A DNA stretch of 63,403 bases, filler included, from Octopus bimaculoides (Eukaryota), in assembly GCF_001194135.2 (NCBI RefSeq). It is 6 parts of 6 records of this genome, joined end to end, with 100 filler letters (N's around TTAATTAATTAA, not from the genome) between each part and the next. Parts side by side here need not be neighbours in the genome. Positions count along the whole stretch, not along the records: positions 58,513 to 63,403 come from NW_026385233.1; 5 more parts are not named here. One strand, written 5' to 3'. A model generated the notes under the pieces. That model had not been told where the DNA came from, did not search any database, and saw only the letters and a program-made list of their open reading frames with translations. Shown piece after piece: positions 63,138 through 63,403 of this stretch. The position numbers and the translations under genes are program-made. Each line of letters begins with the position of its first letter. Position 1 is the first letter of the stretch.

Positions 63138-63403
63138 TACTATTATTATTGTTGTTGTTCAGTAGTTTTATTTTTATAACGTGCTTTCACTTCACTACCG
63201 AGCGCAGCTCTGTGTGCCTTGGGTATGTGCTGTGGTTTGCTGTGATGCTCTTATGGTTACTGTATTGAAAGTGTTTTGCGTAGGATGTGTGCAGTGCCCA
63301 GTAGTCCAATTTTCTGTATGTTATATATATTTGTAAGTCCTAGAGTTTTTGTAATATATTTGTCTGAATATTTTTTTATTATACCTAAGGCACCTACTAT
63401 GAT
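63062..63403 (-). mobile_element. 3' end of an R4/Dong-type LINE with (TAA)n tail, continuing past the window edge
   Basis: IIVGALGIIKKYSDKYITKTLGLTNIYNIQKIGLLGTAHILRKTLSIQ* followed by a 3' UTR and (TAA)n (plus-strand (TTA)n at 63062-63160). Confidence 0.88.

Overview
AT-rich, repeat-dense, gappy eukaryotic DNA. The SINE/LINE families and microsatellite load look like an octopus (coleoid cephalopod) draft assembly; that is recognition, not a search result. Almost every ORF in the supplied track is a microsatellite or N-gap artefact. One host gene can be rebuilt by hand on the minus strand from four short exons (27460-27592, 26097-26204, 23954-24061, 22928-23101). It encodes an ETV6/Yan-type SAM-Pointed (PNT) domain plus a Pro-rich linker. 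I found no ETS DNA-binding exon in the sequenced part of the window. Other content: a decayed histone H4 pseudogene; a TIR-complete mariner; fragments of RTE, CR1, Tx1/L1 and R4/Dong-type LINEs; several Penelope-like element (PLE) fragments; hAT-, piggyBac-, pogo- and Helentron-like non-autonomous elements; and four tRNA-SINE or RTE-tail repeat families. The most unusual signal is four minimal type-I hammerhead-ribozyme-like motifs in short non-autonomous elements. One sits behind a tRNA-like Pol III head, and two share a non-canonical CUGU core. Repeat boundaries are approximate unless a TSD or TIR is quoted, and only representative SINE copies are listed.
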